A stretch of DNA of 49,588 nt from Octopus bimaculoides (taxonomy: Eukaryota): the NCBI RefSeq assembly GCF_001194135.2, contig NC_068985.1, positions 76,728,453 through 76,778,040 of the forward strand. The letters are read 5' to 3'. The position numbers were made by a program, and so were the translations under genes. Below are positions 1 through 12,600 of this stretch, piece after piece. The notes below the pieces were generated by a model, which saw only the letters and a list, made by a program, of their open reading frames with translations, had not been told where the DNA came from and made no database searches. Each line of letters begins with the position of its first letter. Position 1 is the stretch's first letter.

Positions 1-34
<34 letters not shown>

Positions 35-49
35 AAATATATTTACCAA

Positions 50-1294
50 CTAAATGTGGCGGTCCCATAGAAGATGATGTTACTGTTGTTTTTAGCCCCA
101 GGAAGACATCTGCTCCGGCTGGCTAACAACACACTGTCTGTTACCAATTAGTATTTGCGAGGGGAGGTCATCACTCCTATCTCTAGCCTTACATGGTACA
201 CTGAGACTCAGGTTTCTGGGTAGTTACCCATCTTTAGTGTGTGATAATCACCAGCTAATGATGAAAACTCATTCCACTTGCAAAATACTATATGCTTTTT
301 CCAGCAACAAACTGTCACTGATCTCGAACAAGGAGAAATAAGCCATATTAAATCTCTGAGTGAGATATAAACAGTAGCAGTACAAAATCATCATCCTCAT
401 CATCATCATCGTTTAACGTTTGCTTTCCATGCTAGCATGGGTTGGACAATTTGACTGAGGACTGGTGGACCAGGAGGCAACACCAGGCCCCAATCTGATT
501 TGGCAGAGTTTCTACAGTTGGATGCCCTTCCTAACGCCAACCACTCCGAGAGTGTAGTGGGTGTTTAATGTGCTACTGGCACGAGGGCCAGTCAGGCAGT
601 GCTAGCGACAGCCACGCTCGAAATGGTGTATTTTACGTTCCACCTGCACAGGAGCCAGTCCATCAGCACTGGCAACGATCTCGCTCAAATGTCTTTTCAC
701 GTACTACTGGCACAAGTGTCAGGGAGGCGACATTGGTAACGATCAATGGCCACGCTCGAAATGGTATATTTTACGTGTCATCTGCATAGGGGCCAGCCCA
801 TCGGAACTGGCAACGATCTTACTCAAATGTCTTTTCATGTGCCACTTGCACAAGTGCCAGGAAGGCGACGTTGGTAACGATCACGCTGGTGCAGTTCCAT
901 AGAAGATGATACTAATGTTTTTTGTTTTTTCTTAGTTGGCAAATATATTTTACAATTCCATACTGTTACTGTTTACCTCTTGCTCAGAGACTTAATATAG
1001 CTTATTTCTCGTTTATCGAAATCAGTGACAGTTTGTTGCAGGAAAAAGCACAGCAGTATTTTACGAGTGGAATGAGTTTTCATCACTAGCAGGTGATTAT
1101 CACACACTGAAGACGGGTAAGTACCCAGAAACCCAGGTCTCAGTCTATCACGTAAGGCTAGAAATGGGAGCGATGACCTCCCCTCACAAATACTAATCAG
1201 ACACAGACAGTGTGTTGTTAGCCAGCTGGAGGAGATGTCTTCCTGGGGCTAAAAGCAACAGTAACATCGTCCTCTATGGAACCGCCACATTTAG
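50..1294. repeat. Long inverted repeat: arms 50-382 and 961-1294
   Basis: Arms align end to end in reverse complement (e.g. ctaaatgtggcggt / accgccacatttag); spacer holds the 388-890 retroposon. Confidence 0.9.
388..890 (-). mobile_element. RTE-3'UTR-type retroposon copy
   Basis: (cat)n tail then gtttaacg...gatgcccttcctaacgccaacc; internal tandem ctggcaacgatctcgct modules; homologous to 8863-9270 in reverse. Confidence 0.85.
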
Positions 1295-1479
1295 CTATAC
1301 CCAGTTGCTTTTTACCATTAGCACCACCAAAAGTGAACAATATCAACATTAAAGGCATGAAATTGAAAGGATCTTTTGAACATTGACTGATGAAGAATTG
1401 GTTATGAATTTTCTGCTTGCTATGTTTTTGTAAAACTTTCTGTTTGTTGAGGTTTTATTAATTTTTTGAAATGTGTGTG

Positions 1480-1715
1480 TACGTGTATGTGTGCTGACAG
1501 ACAGAAACATACATACATGCAGACACACAGACACATGCACAGATATATACATACATACATGTATGTATATATATATATAGATAAATAGATAGATATGTAT
1601 GTATATGTATACATATATATAGATATAGATATATGTATGTATATGTAGACATATATATATATAGATATATGTATGTATATGTATATAGATATATAAATAT
1701 GTATGTATATATATT

Positions 1716-1796
<81 letters not shown>
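1480..1796. repeat. Compound (TA)/(CA)/(TG) microsatellite running into the gap
   Basis: Direct observation; other runs at 1-30, 21677-21724, 36582-36612, 39449-39500 and 49540-49588. Confidence 0.95.
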
Positions 1797-2466
1797 NNNN
1801 NNNNNNNNNNNNNNNNNNNNNNNNNNNNNNNNNNNNNNNNNNNNNNNNNNNNNNNNNNNNNNNNNNNNNNNNNNNNNNNNNNNNNNNNNNNNNNNNNNNN
1901 NNNNNNNNNNNNNNNNNNNNNNNNNNNNNNNNNNNNNNNNNNNNNNNNNNNNNNNNNNNNNNNNNNNNNNNNNNNNNNNNNNNNNNNNNNNNNNNNNNNN
2001 NNNNNNNNNNNNNNNNNNNNNNNNNNNNNNNNNNNNNNNNNNNNNNNNNNNNNNNNNNNNNNNNNNNNNNNNNNNNNNNNNNNNNNNNNNNNNNNNNNNN
2101 NNNNNNNNNNNNNNNNNNNNNNNNNNNNNNNNNNNNNNNNNNNNNNNNNNNNNNNNNNNNNNNNNNNNNNNNNNNNNNNNNNNNNNNNNNNNNNNNNNNN
2201 NNNNNNNNNNNNNNNNNNNNNNNNNNNNNNNNNNNNNNNNNNNNNNNNNNNNNNNNNNNNNNNNNNNNNNNNNNNNNNNNNNNNNNNNNNNNNNNNNNNN
2301 NNNNNNNNNNNNNNNNNNNNNNNNNNNNNNNNNNNNNNNNNNNNNNNNNNNNNNNNNNNNNNNNNNNNNNNNNNNNNNNNNNNNNNNNNNNNNNNNNNNN
2401 NNNNNNNNNNNNNNNNNNNNNNNNNNNNNNNNNNNNNNNNNNNNNNNNNNNNNNNNNNNNNNNNNN
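1797..2466. other. Assembly gap (670 N); 10-N gaps at 10882-10891, 22233-22242 and 42357-42366
   Basis: Runs of n in the sequence. Confidence 0.99.
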
Positions 2467-3261
2467 GCTCGGCGAAAGCCAAGGAAGGAAAGGATTATTG
2501 ACCGGAAGCATGTGACCATGCCGGTGTAAAGGGAAGAGAGAGAGAGTGGTAGAGGGAGAAACAAAGGGAGGAAGTAGAAGAATAGGTGAGCAACAAGAGG
2601 AAAAGAGAAAGAGAGGAAATACGAGGGGGAAAAAAAGAGATACGTAGTAGTAACAGAGGAAGAACGAGAGGGGTAAAGCGAGATACGTAGTAGTAAAGAG
2701 GAAGAACGAGAGGGGAGAAAGAGAAAGAGAAAGGGAGAGAGAGAGAGATAGAGTAGCGTCGGAGGATTATATATATATATATAGGCATAGATGTCACAGT
2801 GTAATAAAATGTTTGCTTCCCAACCACATAGTTTCAAGTTTGGTACCACTGTGCGGCACTTCTACTGTACCCCCAGGCTAATCAAATCCTTGTGAGTGGA
2901 TTTCATAGGAACAAAATCTTTAAAATGTCTGTTGCAGATGTATATATGTGTGTGTGTGTGTGTATATGTGTTGCTGTCTCCTTGCCTTGACTTTAGCTAA
3001 TAGCTGTAAAAGAGTTCCACTAGCAGTGTCTTGTGTTTCCAACCTTCAATGAGAACTTTTTGTCATGGGAAATATTACTTCACTTGGAAACAGCTGAAGG
3101 TTGGTAACAGGAAAGGCATCCAGTCATAAAAAATCCACCACAGAAAATCCTTCCAACCCATTTGAGCATTAAAAAAATGGACGATGATAAAATATCTTCA
3201 TTAAGAATGGCATTGAAATCAAAGTTTACATTTTTTAACCAATAGCAATCATAATATATAT

Positions 3262-3720
3262 AATGATAATAATAATAATAATAATAATAATGAACATGTT
3301 GTATTCAGTGCTCAAGTGCACTACAACTCATTAGGAAAAGTAACCAAACTGCATGAACAATACGTAGAATATGCAGAGGAGGTGAACAGTGAATAAGTCT
3401 TTAAAAAAATGAAAAAAAAAACCAGGTGGTGGGCATCAGGTGTATTGTTAACAAATTTCAAGAAGCATGGAAGCTTTGAAGTATGTAGTGTTCCGACAGC
3501 TAACAACAGATGCAGGTAGTTTATTCCATGCTTCAGCAATTCTGAGTGTGAACAAAAATGTTTCCGAAAGTCATGGATGTTGTGTTGGTCTTTTGATTTT
3601 GTAAGCATGTCCACAAGTGTTAGACAAATGGAATTGAAAAAGGTGCCGGAGGTTGTTCTTGGAAAGATGGTGGATAATGTTGAGGATGTCTATAAGCCAG
3701 TTGCCTTCCTTGAAATTGAA
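3262..3720 (-). mobile_element. CR1/L2-type LINE 3' end with (tta)n tail
   Basis: Minus strand encodes TLRIAEAWNKLPASVVSCRNTTYFKASML, the WNxLP..VV...FK motif of CR1-group RT C-termini; (aat)n run at 3262-3290. Confidence 0.6.
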
Positions 3721-4329
3721 TAGCTCATAATTCATTTTATCATTTTATGTTTAGTACCATCTCAACAATAGAAATGTCGAAAATATATAATACATAACCA
3801 TCTTGATTCATTGAAATTACACTGAGAAATGTATGATAGCATTTAAACACATTTTTTGGGGTGTATTGAATGAGGAATTGTTAAATATATATATATATAT
3901 ATATATACATATAACTAGGTGAACTTACTATTGTAAATAAAAAAGCAAGCTGATTTGAAAAGGATGTCCCAAAATAAACTTAAAAATTCATAGATAACAT
4001 GACAGAAAAACGGAGCGGTGGTATACGAGATTGATTGTTGTATTTTTGAGTTACTTCCCTTTAACCATTGGGTTGGATATCCTAACAAATTTGCCTACAT
4101 TGTTCATTCCCTTATATGATCAACGTTCCAAAGTTAAATATTGGTTCTCTCAGTTGATTAAAGAAGCCTCCAATAAAAAATAATAAAATTAATACCTAGA
4201 TATTTATAATAAACTTACTAACAAATCTTTTTGACTGAGTGTATTCAGGATAATAAGGAGACTAATTCTTTTAACTTCATCCTATGCTAATAGAATTTAG
4301 CTTCATCTAATGTTGCCTTAGCCCTTGGT

Positions 4330-6680
4330 TATGTTTTTGTAAGGCATGGTATAGACATGGTTGTACAGTTAAGAAGTTTTCATGAGCTACAGACGAAATC
4401 TGTTCTCAGAGCCTTCCTATTCATCATAGTCCTCCAGGCTATAAAAGAGAAATTTAAAACTGACTGTCTTTGGGAACTACTAGTAAATCTATGAATCTGT
4501 AGTAAAATTAGAAAAGAAATTCCAGGTGTAGTAGCAAAACCTGGAATTAGTAGGCCTTGCAATTATCTTAGCTAAGACCAAAGTTCTAGTTAACAGGAAA
4601 ACAAACAAGACTCTAACTCCTTTCGGGAAAATGGTCCTGTTTTGATATGTACGCAAGGTGTAGGTAGAAATTCCATCTGGTGTGCTCACTGCAAGCTATG
4701 GGCACTCAAGCGGTGCAGTGGAATCATAGGAACATTAACAGAGAAAGTAGCCTTTGTATGTGGCAGATGCACAGGAACAATAAACATTAAGAACACAGGG
4801 GAAATAGAATTTCTTGTATGTCCAGGAGGTTCCCTAAAAGTAGTAGTTTTTGTTACCTATGTGACCAAATTAGCAGTGGTGGAAGATGTCCTGAAAGTAA
4901 AGTTATTAGAATAAGAAGACAATGGAGGTAGTTCAGAGAGCTATTACCTTTGTTGGTGAGAAAAAGGTGTTTCAGCGTGAAAAGTATTAGGATGTCAAGA
5001 AAGTTCTTGCGGTTTTTAACCTTTAAATTCAGATGCACATAGCTCGGCTCAAACAAAATTTTATTAATCAAAATAAACACCATCAGAATCAACACACTTT
5101 TGTCAATGCGTAACAAGTTTATTTATGCCAGTAGCATAAAAATCCTGCGTTCTGGTGTCAATGAAGTCGTTGAAGGTGTGTTTGGCATCGTCTTGGTTTT
5201 TGAAGCATTTCTCACACAGGAAGTTGTCGAGATGCTTGAAAAAGTGGTAGTCGGTAGGCGAGAGGTCTGGTAAGTATGACAGATGAGGCAGAGTTTCGTA
5301 ACCCACTTCATTCAACTTCTGCAGGGTCAGTTGTGTGACATGCGGCTGAGAGTTGTCATGGAGAAGAATTGGTCCTTTTCTATTGACCAATGCTGGTTGT
5401 TGTTGTCGAAGTTTCTTATGCATTTCATCCATTTTCTGACAGTACTTCTCCACCGTAATGGTTTCACCTGGATCCAAAAAGCTGTGATAGATGAGACGGG
5501 CTGCAGACCACCAAACAGTCATCATGACCTTCTTTTGGTGCAACTTTGGCTTTGGGAAGTGCCGTAGAGCTTTGTCAGCATCCAATCATTGAGCTGAGCA
5601 TCGCTGGTTGTCATAAAGAATCCACTTTTCATCGCAAGTCACAATCCGGTCGAGAAACGGGTCGTTCTTGTTGCATAAAAGAAGGGAAGACGACACTTCA
5701 AAACGGCGTTTTTTTTGGGCTGTCGTTCAATTCATTTGGCACCCATTTCTCAAGTATTTTTGTTTTTCCAATCTCTTTCAAGTGGTTAGAAATTGTCTTA
5801 TACGTTATGTCTAATTCAGAAGCAAGCTCTCAAACATTTGTGTGTGGATTGGCTTCGACTAAGGCTCTTAGTTGATCATTGTCAACATCAGATGACCGAC
5901 CACTATGCTTATCATCTTCAAGTCACTCATCAACGCTATGAAATTTCTTGAACCACCATTGTGCTGTACATTCATTAGTGGTTTCTGGGCCAAATGCATC
6001 GTTGATATTGTGAGCTGTTTCAGCAGCCTTTCAGCCAAGCTTGAACTGGAATAAGAAAATTGTGCGAATTTGCTTTTTGTCCATGTTGTATTCAATGTTC
6101 CAGAAAAAAATGGCCTAATTATTCAAAAAGAAAAAGAGTAACAGGATTAGATAGAGTGAAAAACGGGCTTTAAAATTATATATAAAGTCAAAATAATTTA
6201 ACGAAAATTAATTTGAAAGTACATCATTTAAAACCCAAATTTAAAATTCCGCAAGAACTTTCTTGACAACCTAATAGATGGTATATGTACAAACAGCAGT
6301 GCTTCTTGGTAATGAGGTGTGGGTCATGAATACAGTGGACAAATGAAAGCAAGAAAGAAATGAAGCTAGTATGCTCCAGTGAGTGTGCAATATCAGTGTT
6401 TATGAACAACAGAGTACAAACTTGATAGAGAAAAATTGAGCACAAGAGAAATTAAATGTGATGTGCAAGAGAGAAGACTGCACTGGTATAGTCATATGAC
6501 ATGTACAGCTTTATGAAGAATTGCCAGTCATTATTGATGGAAGTTGTGGAAGACAAAGTCCCAGGAAAACATTGATGGAGTAGTGAAGGCTGATCTCAAA
6601 ATACTGAGCTTCAAAGAGGAGATGACAAAAAACTAAGATTATTGGAAATTTGATTTGCTCAAGAACTATCAATTTCAATG
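4330..6680 (+). mobile_element. Decayed RTE-clade LINE fragment, split by the mariner at 4987-6274
   Basis: Left part encodes GVGRNSIWCAHCKLWALKRCSG...CGRC and ELLPLL; right part continues TAVLLGNEVW...RRLHWYSHM, matching RTE C-terminal motifs (HGSETW, RLRWYGH) as recalled. Confidence 0.8.
4987..6274 (-). mobile_element. Full-length inactive mariner (Hsmar1/cecropia-like DD34D transposase pseudogene), 1288 bp
   Basis: TIRs ttaggatgtcaagaaagttcttgcgg / ccgcaagaactttcttgacaacctaa, TA on both sides (4985-86, 6275-76). Transposase 6084..5064: MDKKQIRTIFLFQF, WVPNEL, RIVTCDEKW, LLHDN, SPTDYHFF. Five in-frame TGA stops and a +1 frameshift near 5717. Confidence 0.95.
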
Positions 6681-8699
6681 AATGAGAAGTCCTAAAAGCA
6701 GTAGATTTACATCTATGCACTAACTGGGTCCTGCTCCTACACCCAATCTGTCACTTCAAGCATTTGCCATTTTTTCATCTTCTAAATTCCCAACCTTTCA
6801 AACTATGATGCTATTCAGTTGCTATGATCACATGAGAGCAGATATACACATATTTCATCCCCTTTTGTGCTATAGTTATTCCACCGCCTTTGGAACCACT
6901 CCCTTTTGAAATATATCTCTCGTTCTTATCCTTTTCCCCTGATTACAATTCTTTGTGCTTCAAGGTATCTTTCCTTTGGCTATGAGATATATTTTAGAAC
7001 TGTCATATTTAATCTTTAACACCTCCTCTCATTTGCTATCATTCTCCTCACCCTGTCTCATCTGCTGTTGATGGCCTCAGCCTGCCTTTTCCCTCCCACT
7101 CACTAGAGTCACCCCTGCATACTGCTAACATCCATCACCATACATTTCTCTCCCACTACCAACCCCTGCACATATCTCCATATTTACTAATCTACCTATA
7201 GGTTTATAGTACTGCTGCTTTCTTCCCTTCCTGTATTGCTACTAATCACCTTCCTCTGCCACTCATAATGTTTCACCTCCCACCTCCATAATGATATTCT
7301 TCTCTGATTACACCTCAACCCTTCTTTTGTTCACTGTTTAACCCCTACATGCATCTTTAACCATCTGTCACTCCTCTCACACTCTGATGAACATATCTAC
7401 TTACCCTTACTAATTTTTTGTCCACATTCTCACTTATATTTACCTTCCCATATCTTGATAGTTCACTCTGATACCTCATCACTGCCATCTATCCAACTAT
7501 TTGCACCCATCTTTATCTGATGTGACATAACCAAGTATCACCTCTATAGCAAGACACTGGTGTCAGTTCCTCTATAATATTTTAACTCTCAACATGTGGC
7601 ATGAAGCTACTTCCCTCTCTATTACAATCACTCGGTCAAGAGGTCTTTTTCTTTGTGCTGCAAGTTACTTATTGACCTCACTAGAACTGGTGTCATAAAA
7701 AATGCACCCAGTACACCCTGTAATGAGTTTGGGAAAGGCATCCAGCCAGGCCCATTGCCAAACTTTGGTGCCTGGGGGTGCTTTAAAATATTCTGGGTGG
7801 GCACTTATTTGTATTGATACTAAAGTGGAGTTTCAAAATAAGTGCATCACTGTAAATCTGAAGGTGAACCATTAAATAGTGAGGGCACAGTGCCATCCAG
7901 TGCACCCTCAGTGACAGGCATGCTTCCAGCCAGAGCAACCATTCCTAAACAGACATTGAAGCTTAAAAGAGTCATCTGGCTCATTGAATCCTGTCAAAAC
8001 TGTCCAATCTATGCCAGCATAAAAACCGGATATTAAATGATAATGATGATGATTTAGAACATTCAAACTACTTTGAAATCCAAGAATTCGAGATTCTCTT
8101 ACATCTCTGGCAAATATACTTAAGAACAGCACCAAACCTTGAAAGAAATTCACTAAAGTCATATAATGCCTGCTGCCACTCATCTGAACCATCTTTAAAT
8201 TGAAGAGATTAACCCATCCTTTATCAGGAAGTAATGAAAAGTTGTTTAGATCCTGGCAAGCTGACTTATAATTAAATATGTTCCAATTATGACCATACTG
8301 TTTATTTATTTCGGGCTCAGTGCCTTTTATTTCAAGCTATTTGAAAGATATTTGTAGATCTAGGTATGGAAAAATCTATTAGTATAGAAACCATGTTTAA
8401 TTTTCTATATCAGTGCTTCTCAGAGTAAACAATGAAAAATTGTATAGGAATGCTGAGGACAAAAGAAGCAATGATAAGGGACAGGGGTTGCAATAAATAC
8501 ATCTGTACAGCTTTATTTTAGTTTTTGTCTCCTAGTTAATTAATTGTAGAAAACATTTCAATGTAATAGTGTGATAAAGTGCTTGTTAGTCACAGTTACA
8601 AGAAGGAGAATAAGTAAGACATGAACAATAATGACAGTAATAACTGACTGAAACAAAAACAAATATATACTTTGTATTTAAATTATAAACTAATGTTGG

Positions 8700-9938
8700 G
8701 TAATGTCTAGCATGCTCCACTGGATGAGTAATGTGAAAGAAATGAAGCTAGCATGCTCCACTGGATGGGTAATGTTTGATAGAAATGAAGCTAGCATGCT
8801 CCACTGGATGGGAAATGTTTGAAAGAAATGAAGCTAGCATGCTCTGCTGGATGGGTAATGTTTGGAGCAAGATCGTTGCCAGTGCCCCTGGACTGGCTCT
8901 TGTGTGGGTGGCACATAAAATACACCATTTTGAGCATGGCCGTTGCCAGTACCGCCTGACTGGCCTTCATAGGATTTTCAAGCGAGATCGTTGCCAGTGC
9001 CTCTGAACTGGCTCTTGTGCGGGTGGCACATAAAATACACCATTTCGAGCATGGCCGTCGCCAGTACTGCCTGACTGGCCTCCGTGTGAGTGACACGTAA
9101 AAGCACCCACTACACTCTCTGAGTGGTTGGCGTTAGGAAGGGCATCCAGCTGTAGAAACTCTGCCAAATCAGATTGGAGGCTGGTGTTGCCATCCGGTTT
9201 CACCAGTCCTCAGTCAAATCGTCCAACCCATGCTAGCATGGAAAGTGTACGTTAAACGATGATGATGATGATGAAGCTAGCATGCTCCACTGGATGGGAA
9301 ATGTTTGAAAGAAAGGAAGCTAGCATGCTCTGCTGGATGGGTAATGTTAGTGTGCATGCATGACAGAATGTAAATGATTTAAGAGGAAAATTGTATATAA
9401 GAGGCATCAGATGTTGTGTGCAAGAGAGAAGGCTGCACTGGTTTTGGTCAAGTGATGCATATGGATGAGGACAGCTGCATAAAGAAGTACTGAGCTCTAA
9501 TTGTGGAGGGTACCTGTGGAAAGGATAGACCCAGGAAGACATGGAATGAAGTGATGAGAAAGGATCTTCAGATGCTGGGCCTCACCGAGGAAATGACAAG
9601 GGACTGGGAGATGTGGTGATTTGCTGTACTTGACAAGACATGTCAAGCTAAGTAAAATCGTTGTCTTCCACACATACAGGCTTGTCCTTTCAGGCACTGG
9701 TGCCACATGAAAAGTACCTGGACCAGTGTTGTATAAATGCACCCATGCCAGTGGCACATAAAAGGCACCCAGCACACTTGTTAAGTGGTTGGTCTTAGGA
9801 AGGGAATCCAGCCGTAGAAACCATGCCACAACAGACAGCTGGAGTCTGAACAGTTCCCTGTAAGCCAGCTCCATGTCAAACCGTCCAACCCAAGCCAGCA
9901 TGGAAAGCAGACATTAAACGATGGTGATGATGATGATT
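8700..9938 (+). mobile_element. Decayed RTE LINE 3' end (ORF C-terminus plus 3'UTR and (gat)n tail), with a 43-bp tandem amplification and a nested insertion
   Basis: ERNEASML motif, then RPRKTWNEVMRKDLQMLGLTEEM near 9530-9600, directly followed by the aggaagggcatccag-type 3'UTR and a gatgatgat tail at about 9920-9938. Confidence 0.8.
8863..9270 (+). mobile_element. RTE-3'UTR-type retroposon copy (5'-truncated LINE or partner SINE)
   Basis: Contains ggttggcgttaggaagggcatccagctgtagaaac and ends gttaaacgat(gat)n; flanked by 78-bp direct repeats (8785-8862, 9271-9348). Confidence 0.85.
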
Positions 9939-10996
9939 TTCACGTATGTAATAATGATAGCCACTGCAACTGTGGTATTAGGTAATGTTCCAACTGGAGT
10001 GTGTATAGTATAGATGTGTCTTAGTGTTTGTCCCCCACCACAACCACATGACAACCGCTTTTGGTTTGTTTACGTCCCTTTCAGAAAAAGAGACGGATTA
10101 AGTACCAGACTTTAAAAATAAGTACAGGGTTTGATTGCTTGACTAAAGCCTTCAAGGTGGTGCCCCAGCATGGCTACAGCCAGTGACTGAAACAAGTAAA
10201 AGCTATGTGCACGTATTTAATTTTAATGAATTTTAGCCAGCGGGAGGAGTTGAAAAAGTATTAGTAAAAGAAAGGAGGTGGGATGATAGCAAAAAAATCT
10301 GAGAAACACTGTTTTATATGTAAATTGAATGGAAGAGGTTGGATAGAGCTGATTTTAACATTGAATATATCCCCATGTAAACGCATAAGGTTTAAAGAAA
10401 GACCAATAATTTTTCCAGATAATGAAAACAACTTTCTTCTGACAATCCAGGAAATCCGGCACAAAAGATTCTTCTTATTAGCCCATTACAAGACATATTA
10501 CAGCTGCTTTCCTTTAATGGCAGTTTAGGCTTCTTCTCATCAGACTTAATTCAATACCAAGCACTAGATATTAAGTAGAATTTTTTTTTAATTCTCAATG
10601 CTATTAACACCACCACAAAAAGTGGGTATTTAAACCATGTAGATTATATTGTATATTTCAGAGAAAATAATTTTGCAAGGATAAAACTGCAAAACAGGAA
10701 AAGAATCATTGACTATTTTACTAGCAAGTTGATATTCAACCAACCCAAATAGCCAGGCTCTGGTGCAATGTTCAGTTTAAGTTAGGTTCTTTTTGTTTTA
10801 TTGTTTACTAATAAACACATATGCACAATTTGTATTTTGTTCCTTTTTCTCTATACTTCAATTTACTTGCTTAAAAATAAANNNNNNNNNNTGGTGTCTT
10901 TCTCCTGCATATTCTGGCGAAAGCTATATACATCAGCATGATAACTAATAAACAGTGCATCTGAACAAAAAATACCTTGTCATATATATATATATA

Positions 10997-11225
10997 TGGC
11001 CGTTGCCAGTACCGCCTGACTGGCCTCCGTGCAGGTGACACATAAAAGCACCCACTACACTCTCTGAGTGGCTGGCGTTAGGAAGGGCATCCAGCTGTAG
11101 AAACTCTGCCAAATCAGATTGGAGCCTGGTGTAGCCATCTGGTTTCACCAGTCCTCAGTCAAATCGTCCAACCCATGCTAGCATGGAAAGCGGACGTTAA
11201 ACGATGATGATGATGATGATGATGA
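10997..11225 (+). mobile_element. RTE-3'UTR-type retroposon copy (short)
   Basis: Close match to 9053-9275; ends in a (gat)n tail. Confidence 0.85.
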
Positions 11226-12600
11226 TATATAATACACATCCAAGTAGCTTCAACCTTGCCGCTCCTTGTCACACTCACCATGTGAAATGCAGCGAGTTTA
11301 TGACCTATTGCAAAACTTACAATCACAAGACACATGATCAGAAATTAAATAAACTAAGAAAGTAAGAAAAACAAATCCCAAACTAGGATGGTCAATGCTT
11401 ACAAGCCAAGTCTTTAAATTATTTATATACAACACTTATAACAAAGATACCATCCCAAAAACAAAATTATGCTTTTTGGTTTGTTTGTTTTTTTTAGTTT
11501 AAATCCTGTAACTAAAGGACCACTCCTTTATTGCAATAGTTGTCAACATTTAGTTACTAAAAATAAATTCAAGGTAATGACACCAAAACAATTAAAATGC
11601 TTTGCTACTAGGCTGATAATTTTGTTTTTGTTTTTCCTCTTTTAAGCATTTCTCTTGAATGCATTATACAATTTAGCAGTTGGTTGAGTCAAAAAGGATA
11701 CAGATCTCATGGTTTGTCATCGCACTCACATTGCATGTACATATAAATGCAAACAATGCAGTGCAGTTAAAAAGCTTGCTTCACAACCACCTGGTTTAGG
11801 GTTCAGTCCCACAATGCTGCATCTTGGGTTGTTGTCATCTACTATAGCCTCAGGACAACTAAAACCTTGTGAGTGCTTTTGGTAGACAGAAACTGAAAGA
11901 AGCCTATAGATAGACAGACAGACAGATAAAGACATATGTATACATACATATACACACAGATGTGTGTATGTGTTCCCTTGTCTTGACATGGTGCAATGGT
12001 TGTAAACAAACATAATTATGCTTGTTTACAAGCATAAAGTAGGAAATAAATTATAATTTATTTCCAAACTTTTGTGAAAAACCTTTAGTGAAAAGCAGGT
12101 CTGACCATGGGGGAAAATATTACCTTACTTCGAAACAGATGAGAATTGGCAAAAGAAAGGGTTTCAAGCCATAAAAAATCTACCTCAATTGATTTCATCT
12201 GATTCACGTAAGTATGGGAAAGTGGATGTCAAAACAATGATGATGTTGGTGATGATAACAACAGTTTATGTTCCCACGTTGGCATTTATACCCAGATCAG
12301 CTCTGACTGAGTAAAGCAGACTGATGACAAAAACTATTCTAGCTGTAATCTTGCCTTTTCTTCATATGTATAGCATCCGAGATTACATTACTGAATGTGT
12401 TCACTCTGTGTGTGTGTGTGTTTTTTTTTGTTTTTTTTTAAGATGGCCACAGTCCAATGAGTGAAACAAGTTAAAGATAAAAGATACAATATGAAAGAGA
12501 TTCAACTGTTATATTTAACAAGTCGGGTTCCTTCCCTAGTTTGTGTAAAATGCACATGATATAGACTGACTATTTCAGTAAAAATATGTATTGTTTAGAA

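Noticed and set aside
1420-2849. Long ORFs of 250-460 aa in the supplied track
   Set aside because: They run through the 670-N gap and (TA)/(CA) microsatellites; artefacts.
6720-7640. Pyrimidine-skewed tract (and purine-skewed 42780-43480) as a possible triplex or regulatory element
   Set aside because: Appears to be old degenerate interspersed repeat; no discrete mirror repeat identified.
8708-9348. Regularly spaced 43-bp repeats resembling a CRISPR array
   Set aside because: No unique spacers; the unit is LINE-derived; eukaryotic context with no cas genes.
10260-10560. Possible exon of another gene (several 40-80 aa open frames)
   Set aside because: No recognisable domain and no consistent splice-site pair in any open frame.
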